The translations under genes and the position numbers were made by a program. From contig NZ_LT670846.1 of the NCBI RefSeq assembly GCF_900142435.1, positions 204,486-228,485 on the forward strand: 24,000 nucleotides of DNA, read 5' to 3'. This stretch comes from Thermocrinis minervae. GTDB lineage: Bacteria; Aquificota; Aquificia; Aquificales; Aquificaceae. This document shows, one piece after another, positions 8,088 through 19,286 of this stretch. Under the pieces are notes generated by a model that worked only from the letters and a program-made list of their open reading frames with translations, had not been told where the DNA came from and searched no databases. Each line of letters starts with the position of its first letter. Within the stretch, counting starts at the first letter, position 1.

Positions 8088-9158
8088 GTGTTGAAAGTTC
8101 TAGCGCAGCTAGCTCAAAAAGCAAGAGAGATTAGTCAGGTTAGGCTTTACAAGAAAAACGTGGAAAGGGTACTTTCTGCATTGCTTGTCAGCGGTGATTT
8201 TTGGGAGTTGGTTGACATGTCTGACCTTCCTGTACCTGCAGCTTCGGGAATAGTAAGGGTGCTAGTAGAGGAAGGTCTTGCCTTTATAGATGATGAAGAG
8301 AACATAAGGCTTACACAAAAGGGGCTAGACCTAGTTAAAGAACTGGGTATAGAACCCTACGTGGACTACACTTGTCAAGCATGTGAGGGTAGAGGTATAC
8401 CCTTCTACGCCAACATAGAGTTCTACAGGGAATTCCTGCAAGTAACCAAAGAAAGACCTAAGGCAATAAGAGACTATGACCAGGGTTCAGTTACTCCAGA
8501 GACTACGGTTACCAGGGTTCTGTTCATGGATTCAAGGGGAGATCTGAGAAACAAGGAAATAGTAGTTCTCGGCGCTGAGGACGACCTAACAGGTCTAGCA
8601 GTTGCCCTGTTTAGGAAGGCGAAGAGGGTACTGATCTTAGATATAGACAAAAGACTCATAGACTTTGACAATGCCATATTCAAGGAGTTGGGCATAGACA
8701 ACGCAGAAGCCATAGTTTGGGATCTTAGAAAACCCTTAGATAGCAGTATGCTGGGTAAGTTTGATGTGTTCGTATCAGACCCCCCAGAAACCATACCGGC
8801 CTTTAGGGCCTTCATAGGCAGAGGAATAGCGACTCTCAAAGAAGATGGAGGAGTAGGATACTTCGGCCTCACCCTAAGAGATTCATCCGTGTTCAGATGG
8901 AGAGACTTTCAGATAGCCCTAACCACAGAGTTTGGAGTTGCCATAACCGACATAGTCCAAGACTTTAACCACTACATAACCTGGGATTACCATGCAGAGA
9001 CTAAGGCAGCAGAGATAGCTCCAGTAAAAAGGTTCCCTGAAGGCATATGGTATAGGTCTGCCTGGTACAGGATAGAGGCACTACCTGGCTTTAAGAGGTG
9101 GAACGAACCCATATCGGATGATGTTTTCTACCTTGATGAGGAAGGTTCTACCACTTGA
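8088..9158 (+). CDS. bpsA: N4-bis(aminopropyl)spermidine synthase-like protein (BpsA/DUF43 family, branched-chain polyamine synthase)
   Basis: About 356 aa: an N-terminal winged-helix-like region, then the methyltransferase-like fold VVLGAEDDLTGLAV and DVFVSDPPET. AAAGGAGGTGG (8076-8086) sits inside the ORF-track start, so GTG 8088 or TTG 8091 is the likelier start. Confidence 0.7.
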   Translation: MLKVLAQLAQKAREISQVRLYKKNVERVLSALLVSGDFWELVDMSDLPVPAASGIVRVLVEEGLAFIDDEENIRLTQKGLDLVKELGIEPYVDYTCQACEGRGIPFYANIEFYREFLQVTKERPKAIRDYDQGSVTPETTVTRVLFMDSRGDLRNKEIVVLGAEDDLTGLAVALFRKAKRVLILDIDKRLIDFDNAIFKELGIDNAEAIVWDLRKPLDSSMLGKFDVFVSDPPETIPAFRAFIGRGIATLKEDGGVGYFGLTLRDSSVFRWRDFQIALTTEFGVAITDIVQDFNHYITWDYHAETKAAEIAPVKRFPEGIWYRSAWYRIEALPGFKRWNEPISDDVFYLDEEGSTT

Positions 9159-9183
9159 CAAGGGTAGACTTTTATGGTAGAAT
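9155..9183 (+). promoter_or_regulatory. Near-consensus sigma-70-type promoter for tRNA-Glu (and probably gyrB)
   Basis: TTGACA (9155-9160), a 17-bp spacer and TGgTAGAAT (extended -10; hexamer 9178-9183). The -35 overlaps the bpsA stop codon. The tRNA starts about 16 nt after the predicted TSS. Confidence 0.55.
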
Positions 9184-9205
9184 ATAACTTAGGTTTAGGT
9201 TTGGA

Positions 9206-11656
<2,451 letters not shown>

Positions 11657-11673
11657 GCTTGGGGTAAACTCAC

Positions 11674-12456
11674 ATGTACCAAAGGATACTTGTAGGGCTT
11701 GATCCTTCTCATCCAAGTTTATACGAGTATGCTTTTTTACTTGGTAGCATCTTAAACATACCAGTGGTAGGTATTTACGTACTAGACACAAGGCTTTTGA
11801 AGGAAGTCCTTTTGGAAGACCTTATAAGCTCGCTAGGTCTTGCACCCAAAACAGATCTTTACTCCACAGTAAAGGAGTTTATGGAAGCTCAGGCAGACTT
11901 GGTGTTAGACAGCTTTCTATCTCTAGGCAGACAGAGGGGTGTTAAGGTGTCTTCCTTCCAAACTGAAGGTGTACCTTACGAGGAAATAGTAAAACAAGCC
12001 GATCAAGAGGACCTCATCGTAGTAGGTAAAAGGTCCAGGAAAGTGATAGAGGGTCTTATGCTAGGCTCCACTTCTGAAAGGGTTGTAAGGCTCGCCAAAT
12101 GTGACGTTCTCGTAGTACCACATACAAAGAGGGATCTGAAAAGATTGGGTGTAGCCTACGATAGTAGCCAGAAAGCAAGAAAAGCCTTAGAAGTAGTTCA
12201 GAAGCTTGCAGACTTACTTAAGGCCGAACTTACTGGTCTTTATGTAGGAGATGCGTACACAGAAGAATTACCTACCTTCATAGAGGTCAGGAAGGGTATA
12301 CCAGAAGAGGAGATAGTAAAGTTCTGTGAGGAGAAAAACCTTGACCTCCTTGTAATGGGAGCCTTCTCTAAGAGTGGCATCAAAGAACTTATCCTTGGAA
12401 GTACTACCCACTTTGTGCTTAGCCATGCTAAAATACCTTTACTGCTTGTAAAATAG
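11674..12456 (+). CDS. Tandem-domain universal stress protein (UspA family)
   Basis: 260 aa. There are two USP C-terminal nucleotide-binding patterns: VVGKRSR...LMLGSTSERVVRLAKCDVLVV and LVMGAFSKSG...ILGSTTHFVLSHAKIPLLLV. Confidence 0.8.
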   Translation: MYQRILVGLDPSHPSLYEYAFLLGSILNIPVVGIYVLDTRLLKEVLLEDLISSLGLAPKTDLYSTVKEFMEAQADLVLDSFLSLGRQRGVKVSSFQTEGVPYEEIVKQADQEDLIVVGKRSRKVIEGLMLGSTSERVVRLAKCDVLVVPHTKRDLKRLGVAYDSSQKARKALEVVQKLADLLKAELTGLYVGDAYTEELPTFIEVRKGIPEEEIVKFCEEKNLDLLVMGAFSKSGIKELILGSTTHFVLSHAKIPLLLVK

Positions 12457-12458
12457 AA

Positions 12459-13127
12459 ATGGGTAAGTTGTACGTTATAGCCACTCCTATAGGTAACTTG
12501 GGTGATATTACCTACAGAGCTATTGAAATCTTAAAAAAAGTAAACTTTATAGCATGCGAGGATACAAGAAGGACTATGATACTTTTGAACCACTATGGGA
12601 TCAAAGACAAAAAGCTTCTCTCCTACTACGAGCCTAAAGAAAGCCTGCAGGTGCCAAAGATTCTAAAGCTCCTTGAAAAGGAAGACGTAGCCCTTGTGTC
12701 TGACGCGGGCATGCCTTCCATATCTGATCCTGGCTACAAGCTCATAAAACAGTGTATACAGAAGAATATACCCGTTGAGGTCATACCCGGGCCAAGCGCC
12801 GTGACTACAGCACTAGTCGGCTCTGGACTACCCACAGACAGGTTCCTGTTTGTAGGATTCTTACCCAAGAAGGGTCTTGAAGGCTACCTTGAAGAGTTAA
12901 AAACATGCACGGATACAACCATAATAGCCTTTGAATCTCCCAACAGAATCCTCAAGACTCTTGAGGTCATGAAAAAAGTGTTTCCACCTCAAACGGAAAC
13001 GTGCGTAGCCAGAGAGCTTACAAAGATCCACGAGGAATATATAAGGGGATCACTAGAGGATGTATACAATCAGTTAAAAGAAAGGGGAGAGATCAAGGGA
13101 GAGATTGTCCTCCTCTGGAGACTGTAA
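12459..13127 (+). CDS. rsmI: 16S rRNA (cytidine1402-2'-O)-methyltransferase
   Basis: 222 aa with LYVIATPIGNLGDITYRAIEIL, ACEDTRRT and SDAGMPSISDPG. Confidence 0.9.
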   Translation: MGKLYVIATPIGNLGDITYRAIEILKKVNFIACEDTRRTMILLNHYGIKDKKLLSYYEPKESLQVPKILKLLEKEDVALVSDAGMPSISDPGYKLIKQCIQKNIPVEVIPGPSAVTTALVGSGLPTDRFLFVGFLPKKGLEGYLEELKTCTDTTIIAFESPNRILKTLEVMKKVFPPQTETCVARELTKIHEEYIRGSLEDVYNQLKERGEIKGEIVLLWRL

Positions 13128-13140
13128 AATATACCAAGTT

Positions 13141-16100
13141 ATGATACCAAGCTACTTCTTAAGACTGTGTCCTAACTGCGGTGGCGATATAAGCTCTGAA
13201 AGGTTGTATGCTGGTCTTCCGTGTGAGAAGTGCATGCCAGAGATAAGGCAGGACGTATGTTCTTACGAAGACCTCAAGGGGTTTATGGAAAAGATATGCA
13301 AGATGGAGGAGGAACTAAGCGAGTGGGAAGCCTTCTTCCAAAAGAGGATCGGCTCTAAACCTTGGAGCCTCCAACTTGCATGGGCAAAGAGGGTACTTCT
13401 GGGCAGATCCTTTGCTCTGCTCGCACCAACGGGCGTAGGAAAAACCTCCTTCGGCACATCCATGGCCGTCTTCTTAGCCAAGAAGGGTAAAAGATCTTAC
13501 ATAATAGTGCCTACCAAATTACTCCTGAAGCAGATCCATAACAAACTTCTCAGCTTAGGACTGGAGGAAGAAGAACTTTTGTACTTCGGTGATGAGACCG
13601 AGAAAGAAAAGGAGAAGAAAAGACAGCTTCTACAAGAGGGAAGGTTTAAGGTCCTTTTAACTACTTCCATGTTCCTCTATAGGAATTACCAAGCTATACC
13701 CAGAGGCTTTTCCTTTGTCTTTGTGGACGACGTAGATTCCTTCTTAAAAACAGCAAAGAATATAGACAAAGCCTTATACCTCCTAGGTTTTGACGAGGAG
13801 GACATTCAAAAAGCCTTAGAGCTTATAAAGGAAAAATCAAGCCACAACAGGGATTACGAGAAGATAAAGTCCCTATCCGAGGAAGTAAAGAAGTTATCTC
13901 TGAAGGCAAAGGGTGTTCTTGTGGTGTCTTCTGCCACTTCCAACCCAAGGTCAAACAGGGTAAAGCTCTTTAGAGAACTTTTAGGCTTTGAAGTAGGAAC
14001 ACCTACCTTCTACCTTAGAAATGTAGTAGACGCTTACGTACATGAAAGGCCTACCATTGAGACTCTAGTAAACTGGATTAGGAAGCTAGGCAAAGGGGGC
14101 TTGGTGTTTGTTTCCTCCGACATGGGCAAAGAACAAGTAGAAAAACTGAAGGAAGCTTTAAGTCACCATGGTATTAACTCCCTAACGTACGAAGAGCTGA
14201 CAGAAGAGAATCTAAAGCTTTACGAAGAGGGTAAGGTAGAGGTACTCATAGGCATAGCCTCCTACAGAAACCCGCTAGCCCGTGGCTTCGATATGCCCCA
14301 TGTAGTCAGGTATGCCATCTTTTACGGAGTTCCCAAGATGAGCATATCCCTAAAGCTAGAGGAAAACCTCTCACACCTCCTTTGGGCTTTAACCTCCATA
14401 AGGTCGCTAATAGTAAAGCAGCTTCCCCATTATGGGCCAACGCTAGAAAGATGGATAGAAAGACTAAGAAGGTACCAGTACTTGTCAGAGGAATTCCTCG
14501 AAGAAAAACAGGATCTAAAAGAAAAGGTTGATAACTTGAAGCTTGAAATATCCAAATTCCTGAACTCTGAAGATGTTATAGCCATACTGGAGAGCAGCAA
14601 TGAAGTAACCTTAAGAAGATCGGAAGAAGGATACTATCTTGTGGTTTCGGACGTTACAGGCTATCTCCAGGCAAGCGGTAGAACATCAAGGATGTACGCC
14701 GGTGGTATAAGCAAAGGTCTTTCTCTTGTATTAGTCGATGATGTAAGAGCTCTAAACCACCTGCAAAAAAGGGTAAGATGGTTCAACGAAGATATAAAGC
14801 TTACACCCATAGAAGAAATAGACATAGGGAAAATAGTAGAGGAGATAGACAGAGATAGGGAAAAGATAAAGAATATATTGGCTGGTAAGGAAAAGCCTCA
14901 GTCTAAAGACATTCTAAAACCCATCCTCATAGTCGTGGAGTCACCCAACAAAGCTAGAACTATAGCCAACTTCTTCGGTAAGCCTGTAAGAAGAAGGGTA
15001 GGAGATCACGAACTTCTCGAAACCTCTGTAGAAGACAGATACATAATGATAACCGCATCCTTGGGACACATAACAGACCTAAACAAAGAAAGAGACTTTC
15101 ACGGTGTTTATGTAAGCGAGGACAGCATTGTACCCTACTACGAAGTTATAGAGGGAAAGGAAGGTATAGTAGAGAGTCTCAGGCTTATGGCTATGGAATG
15201 TTCTGAGGTGCTTGTAGCCACAGACCCGGACACAGAGGGTGAGAAGATAGGCTGGGATATAAGGCTTATCCTCAGACCTTATGTAAAAAACATAAAACGT
15301 ATGGAGTTCCACGAAGTTACCAAAAAGGCTATCTTAAAGGGGATAAAAGAACCAAGGGACTTTAACGAAAACCTAGTAAAAGCTCAGATAGTAAGAAGGA
15401 TAGCTGACAGATGGGTAGGTTTTGAGTTCTCTCAAGAGCTTTGGAGAGCCTTTGGCAAAAACTGGCTTTCTGCAGGAAGAGTTCAGACGCCTGTGCTTGG
15501 TTGGATAATAAAGAGAGAGCAAGAATACCGCCAAAAGATATACAAAGTAATAATAAACCTGGACCAGGATGATAAAAGGCTAAGGATTGAATTCACCTTT
15601 GACAACAAGCAGGAAGCCAAAGAGTTCTTTGATAACTTAGACAGCATTAGAATAGAAAAAATAGAGGAAGCTGAAGAGTACATTCACCCACCGCCACCTT
15701 ACAGAACGGACACACTTTTAAAGGACGCAAGCGACAAGTTCAAATTCTCACTTCAAAAGACCATGGACCTTGCTCAAACCCTCTTTGAACTCGGCTTTAT
15801 AACTTACCACCGGACAGACTCGGTCAGAGTTTCGGACTATGGCATAGCTATAGCCAGGGAGTTCATAGAAGAAAACTTTGGCAAAGAATACTTCCATCCT
15901 AGAGTTTGGGGAGAAGGTGGAGCCCACGAATGTATAAGGCCCACAAAGAACATAGAACCAGAAGAGCTAAGATCTTTAGTACTCAGCGGGCAGGTAGAAG
16001 GTCTCAATAAAGATCATCTAGCTATCTACACCCTTGTGTTTAAACGGTTTATGGCAAGCCAGATGAAGCCAGCTAAGGTAAGAGTAATAAAAACTCTAAT

Positions 16101-16587
16101 AAAAGCTTTAGACAAAGAGCTGACTGTAAGTCTAAGAACTCATATACTTGAAGAAGGCTTTAACAATATACTTCCCATAGAACTCAACCCATCCTACGAG
16201 GATGTCACCCTGAGTACCGAAGGAAGAAAATACTTAAAAGCATCACCGAGGGCATATCTGTACACCTACGGCGAGCTAGTTATGGAGATGAAAGAAAAGG
16301 GTATAGGTAGACCTTCCACCTATGCCACGATAGTAGAAAAGCTGATAGAAAGGGGGTACGTCATAGAGAAAAAGGGCTTCCTTATCCCCACAAGGCTTGG
16401 GAAGGAGATATACCAATACCTGAGCTCAAAAGACCAGATAAAGGGATTCGTCTCCGAGGAGTTTACAAAAGAGTTAGAAAAGATGATGGACATGGTGGAG
16501 GATGGAAAAGAAAACTACATAAGCATACTAAAAAAGCTATACAGGGATATAATAATCTTGGAAAAAGAGTTGGAGGTAGGAAGATGA
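13141..16587 (+). CDS. rgy: Reverse gyrase (helicase-like domain fused to type IA topoisomerase)
   Basis: N-terminal zinc finger CPNCGG...CEKC, Walker A APTGVGKT, DDVD box, Toprim VVESPNKA and DPDTEGE, and catalytic-Tyr motif ITYHRTDS. The ORF track starts at TTG 13105, inside rsmI; the ATG at 13141 (MIPSYFLRLCPNCGG) is the likelier start. Confidence 0.97.
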   Translation: MIPSYFLRLCPNCGGDISSERLYAGLPCEKCMPEIRQDVCSYEDLKGFMEKICKMEEELSEWEAFFQKRIGSKPWSLQLAWAKRVLLGRSFALLAPTGVGKTSFGTSMAVFLAKKGKRSYIIVPTKLLLKQIHNKLLSLGLEEEELLYFGDETEKEKEKKRQLLQEGRFKVLLTTSMFLYRNYQAIPRGFSFVFVDDVDSFLKTAKNIDKALYLLGFDEEDIQKALELIKEKSSHNRDYEKIKSLSEEVKKLSLKAKGVLVVSSATSNPRSNRVKLFRELLGFEVGTPTFYLRNVVDAYVHERPTIETLVNWIRKLGKGGLVFVSSDMGKEQVEKLKEALSHHGINSLTYEELTEENLKLYEEGKVEVLIGIASYRNPLARGFDMPHVVRYAIFYGVPKMSISLKLEENLSHLLWALTSIRSLIVKQLPHYGPTLERWIERLRRYQYLSEEFLEEKQDLKEKVDNLKLEISKFLNSEDVIAILESSNEVTLRRSEEGYYLVVSDVTGYLQASGRTSRMYAGGISKGLSLVLVDDVRALNHLQKRVRWFNEDIKLTPIEEIDIGKIVEEIDRDREKIKNILAGKEKPQSKDILKPILIVVESPNKARTIANFFGKPVRRRVGDHELLETSVEDRYIMITASLGHITDLNKERDFHGVYVSEDSIVPYYEVIEGKEGIVESLRLMAMECSEVLVATDPDTEGEKIGWDIRLILRPYVKNIKRMEFHEVTKKAILKGIKEPRDFNENLVKAQIVRRIADRWVGFEFSQELWRAFGKNWLSAGRVQTPVLGWIIKREQEYRQKIYKVIINLDQDDKRLRIEFTFDNKQEAKEFFDNLDSIRIEKIEEAEEYIHPPPPYRTDTLLKDASDKFKFSLQKTMDLAQTLFELGFITYHRTDSVRVSDYGIAIAREFIEENFGKEYFHPRVWGEGGAHECIRPTKNIEPEELRSLVLSGQVEGLNKDHLAIYTLVFKRFMASQMKPAKVRVIKTLIKALDKELTVSLRTHILEEGFNNILPIELNPSYEDVTLSTEGRKYLKASPRAYLYTYGELVMEMKEKGIGRPSTYATIVEKLIERGYVIEKKGFLIPTRLGKEIYQYLSSKDQIKGFVSEEFTKELEKMMDMVEDGKENYISILKKLYRDIIILEKELEVGR

Positions 16588-16991
16588 GTCTCTTTTTGCA
16601 TTCCTTGTTTGCTTATAGCACTATATTCCTAAACTTCTTGGCAGCGATCCTCTACGCGCTAAACTACATCATACTGAAGGATGAAAGAGTGCTTAAGTAC
16701 GCGATAGTGTTCCATGGTGTATCCGTAGTGACCTCTGTGTTTGCCGCTATCAATGGCCTGTATGTATCCAATATACCCTTGGTTGCTTCCAAACTACCTT
16801 TTATCTGGGGTTTTCCACACAAGTGGAACGGACTATTCTTATCACTCGTGAACCTAGTGACCTTTGCCTTAGTATGGCTAAAGAGGGAAGCACTTGGTAG
16901 AAAGTTGCTATACATATCTATACTGCTAATCCTACTTTTGTTCCTCCAGACTCTAACGGGTTGGATGATAAAGCTTGTTTTCTTCGCCTGA
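16584..16991 (+). CDS. Hypothetical integral membrane protein (about 4 TM helices)
   Basis: 135 aa with four hydrophobic segments. The ATG overlaps the rgy stop (ATGA at 16584-16587), and GGAGGTAGG lies at 16572-16580. Confidence 0.55.
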   Translation: MSLFLHSLFAYSTIFLNFLAAILYALNYIILKDERVLKYAIVFHGVSVVTSVFAAINGLYVSNIPLVASKLPFIWGFPHKWNGLFLSLVNLVTFALVWLKREALGRKLLYISILLILLLFLQTLTGWMIKLVFFA

Positions 16992-17411
16992 CAAGAGCCA
17001 ACCTTCCAGGGAGAAGAAAAGTTTGGCTTCTTCTCCTCCCTTCTCGTGATCATAACCCAGTAGATGTACAAGACCATGAGCTAGGAGTCTCTTCAGTTCC
17101 TCTTCCAAAGAGTGTTTCAGCTCTTGTGCTTGCCTTTTTGCAGTATCCAATGATATGACTATCTCTCCAAGCAGTGTAAATTTTCCCACATTTTCGTTTA
17201 ACTCAAAAGATAGGACATCTGTAGGCTTATCCTTGTTCCTGTAGATCCTGTTTAGCTCCCTTATGGTTTCGTCAGAACATAAAAAGACACTTACCTCTAC
17301 TCCTTCAAGATCAAGCATTCTAAGGAACTTGATGAGGGTTTCTTTAAGAGTTTTCAGCCTTAGACCTTTTACCCTCTTTTCTGTCCTTATGCTTACCTTC
17401 AAACTCTTCAT
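16953..17411 (-). CDS. ybeY: rRNA maturation endoribonuclease YbeY
   Basis: 152 aa with the zinc motif HGLVHLLGYDH, preceded by DKPTDVLSF. Confidence 0.9.
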   Translation of the reverse strand: MKSLKVSIRTEKRVKGLRLKTLKETLIKFLRMLDLEGVEVSVFLCSDETIRELNRIYRNKDKPTDVLSFELNENVGKFTLLGEIVISLDTAKRQAQELKHSLEEELKRLLAHGLVHLLGYDHEKGGEEAKLFFSLEGWLLSGEENKLYHPTR

Positions 17412-18354
17412 AGGCTTTTATTATCTTTGCAACTATAGGATGTCTTACTACATCTTCTTGAGTAAAGTAGATAAAAGCTATGTCGTCTATGTCTTTGAGC
17501 ACCTTTATAGCTTCCACAAGACCAGACTGTTCCTTACTGGGAAGGTCTATTTGAGTGATATCCCCTGTAATTACTACCTTAGAACCAAAACCTATACGTG
17601 TGAGGAACATCTTCATCTGTTCTCTCGTAGCGTTCTGTGCTTCATCAAGTATTATGAAAGCATCGTTTAGGGTTCTACCCCTCATGAATGCTAGAGGGGC
17701 TATCTCTATTATGTTTCTCTCAAGCATATAAGCTGCCTTATCGTAGTCCACCATATCATAGAGAGCATCGTAGAGAGGCCTAAGGTATGGGTCTACCTTC
17801 TCTGCTATACCACCTGGAAGAAAGCCTAACTTTTCACCTGCTTCTACTGCCGGTCTTGTGAGTATTATCTTGCTTACTTTGTTTTCCTTGAGATGCACCA
17901 AGGCCATGGCCATAGCTAGATATGTTTTTCCTGTTCCAGCAGGACCTATTCCGAAGACTATATCCTTCTCCTTTATGGCATCCACGTAAAGTTTCTGAGT
18001 CTTTGTCTTTGGATATATGGCCTTTTTGCGATGTGTGACAAGTATTACTTCCTCCTTCTGCGGTTGTACCTGAATTTCCTTTACAAATTCAGCAGCTCTT
18101 TCTCTAACTTCCTGGGCTGTCATGCTTCTATTTTTTAACTCCTTTATGATGTCGGTTATGAACTTGTGAGCTCTTGCTACCTTGTCCTCTTCACCCTTTA
18201 GTATTATCTCTGTTCCTCTAGCGGTTATTTTTATACCAAAGAGCTCAGAAAAGTATTTGAGGTTTTCGTCTGCTCTACCTACTATGGCATAAAACTTTTC
18301 ATCAAAACTACCAAGATCTACCCTTTCTTCAACCTTTTCCATATTCGTTGACAT
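17344..18354 (-). CDS. ybeZ: PhoH/YbeZ-family ATPase with N-terminal KH-like extension
   Basis: 336 aa with Walker A GPAGTGKTYLAMA, Walker B FIILDEAQN and ITGDITQIDLP. It overlaps the ybeY start by 68 nt. Confidence 0.9.
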   Translation of the reverse strand: MSTNMEKVEERVDLGSFDEKFYAIVGRADENLKYFSELFGIKITARGTEIILKGEEDKVARAHKFITDIIKELKNRSMTAQEVRERAAEFVKEIQVQPQKEEVILVTHRKKAIYPKTKTQKLYVDAIKEKDIVFGIGPAGTGKTYLAMAMALVHLKENKVSKIILTRPAVEAGEKLGFLPGGIAEKVDPYLRPLYDALYDMVDYDKAAYMLERNIIEIAPLAFMRGRTLNDAFIILDEAQNATREQMKMFLTRIGFGSKVVITGDITQIDLPSKEQSGLVEAIKVLKDIDDIAFIYFTQEDVVRHPIVAKIIKAYEEFEGKHKDRKEGKRSKAENS

Positions 18355-18375
18355 GCTATCTTGTTAGAATAATAT
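18348..18375 (+). promoter_or_regulatory. Possible htpX promoter
   Basis: TTGACA (18348-18353, overlapping the phoH start codon), a 16-bp spacer and TAATAT (18370-18375). AAGGAGG at 18407-18413 lies 6 nt before the htpX ATG. Confidence 0.35.
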
Positions 18376-18419
18376 ATTATCACTAACCACTCAGTCAACA
18401 GTAATAAAGGAGGCAAACC

Positions 18420-19286
18420 ATGGGTTATATGATAAGGAGTGCTCTATTACTTGGTCTGTTGACTGGACTTTTTCTTTTTGTAGGTCATATGATAGCAGGG
18501 AAGACGGGTATGCTCATAGCCCTTATCATGGCAGGTATCATGAACTTTATAGCCTACTTTTTCTCAAGCAAGATAGTGCTTGCTATGTACGGAGCACGCG
18601 AGATAACTGAAGAGGAAGCCCCGTGGCTGCATAGGATTGTGGAAGAGCTTGCTAGAAATGCTAACATCCCTAAACCCAAGATATACCTGGTTCCTATGGA
18701 ACAGCCAAACGCCTTCGCCACGGGGAGAGGACCTTCAGACGGAGCAGTTGCAGTAACAAGCGGTATACTACAACTGCTTGACGAGAGGGAACTAAGAGGA
18801 GTTCTTGCCCACGAGATAGGTCATATAAAGAACAGAGATGTACTCGTAGCAACCATTGCAGCAACTATAGCCGGTGCTATCTCTTACCTCGTTAACATCT
18901 TGCAATGGTCCCTTATATTTGGTGGAAGTAGAGAAGAGGAAAACAAAAACCCGCTATCCTTAATAGCAGCTCTTGCCACCATAATCATAACACCCATAAT
19001 AGCTACCATAATCCAGCTTGCTATATCAAGGACTAGGGAGTACCTGGCAGACGAAACAGGTGCTTACATATCTGGAGACCCACTTGCCCTAGCAAGTGCT
19101 CTTGAAAAGATCCATAACTATGTATACCAAATACCTGCAGAGGTAAACCAAGGTACGGCACACCTATTCATAGAGAATCCTCTTTCTGGACAAGGTTTAT
19201 GGGAACTCTTCTCAACTCACCCACCCACGGAGAAGAGGATAGAAAGGCTCAAAGAAATAGCCAGGAAGATGGGGAAGGCGTATTAA
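18420..19286 (+). CDS. htpX: M48-family zinc metalloprotease HtpX
   Basis: 288 aa with N-terminal TM helices, the HEIGHIKNRD (HExxH) motif, further TM helices and a distal EYLADE. Confidence 0.9.
   Translation: MGYMIRSALLLGLLTGLFLFVGHMIAGKTGMLIALIMAGIMNFIAYFFSSKIVLAMYGAREITEEEAPWLHRIVEELARNANIPKPKIYLVPMEQPNAFATGRGPSDGAVAVTSGILQLLDERELRGVLAHEIGHIKNRDVLVATIAATIAGAISYLVNILQWSLIFGGSREEENKNPLSLIAALATIIITPIIATIIQLAISRTREYLADETGAYISGDPLALASALEKIHNYVYQIPAEVNQGTAHLFIENPLSGQGLWELFSTHPPTEKRIERLKEIARKMGKAY

Noticed and set aside
8474-8872. 132-aa minus-strand ORF inside bpsA
   Set aside because: It is antisense to a full-length, motif-bearing CDS and has no features of its own.
13105-13140. ORF-track N-terminal extensions (rgy TTG 13105, GNAT 4200, cmk TTG 8060, bpsA TTG 8073)
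   Set aside because: The extensions overlap upstream genes or contain the SD itself. Internal starts give N-termini that match the family pattern.
16664-17077. 137-aa minus-strand ORF, plus 16961-17158(+) and 17263-17670(+)
   Set aside because: They overlap the membrane-protein, ybeY and phoH genes in alternative frames. The annotated frames carry the diagnostic motifs.
19283-19286. Convergent 3' overlaps (htpX/thyX sharing TTAA for both stops; trmI/rsmG 31 nt at 5448-5478; membrane ORF/ybeY 39 nt at 16953-16991)
   Set aside because: They are real in the sequence but typical of a very compact genome. There is no evidence of a specific regulatory function.
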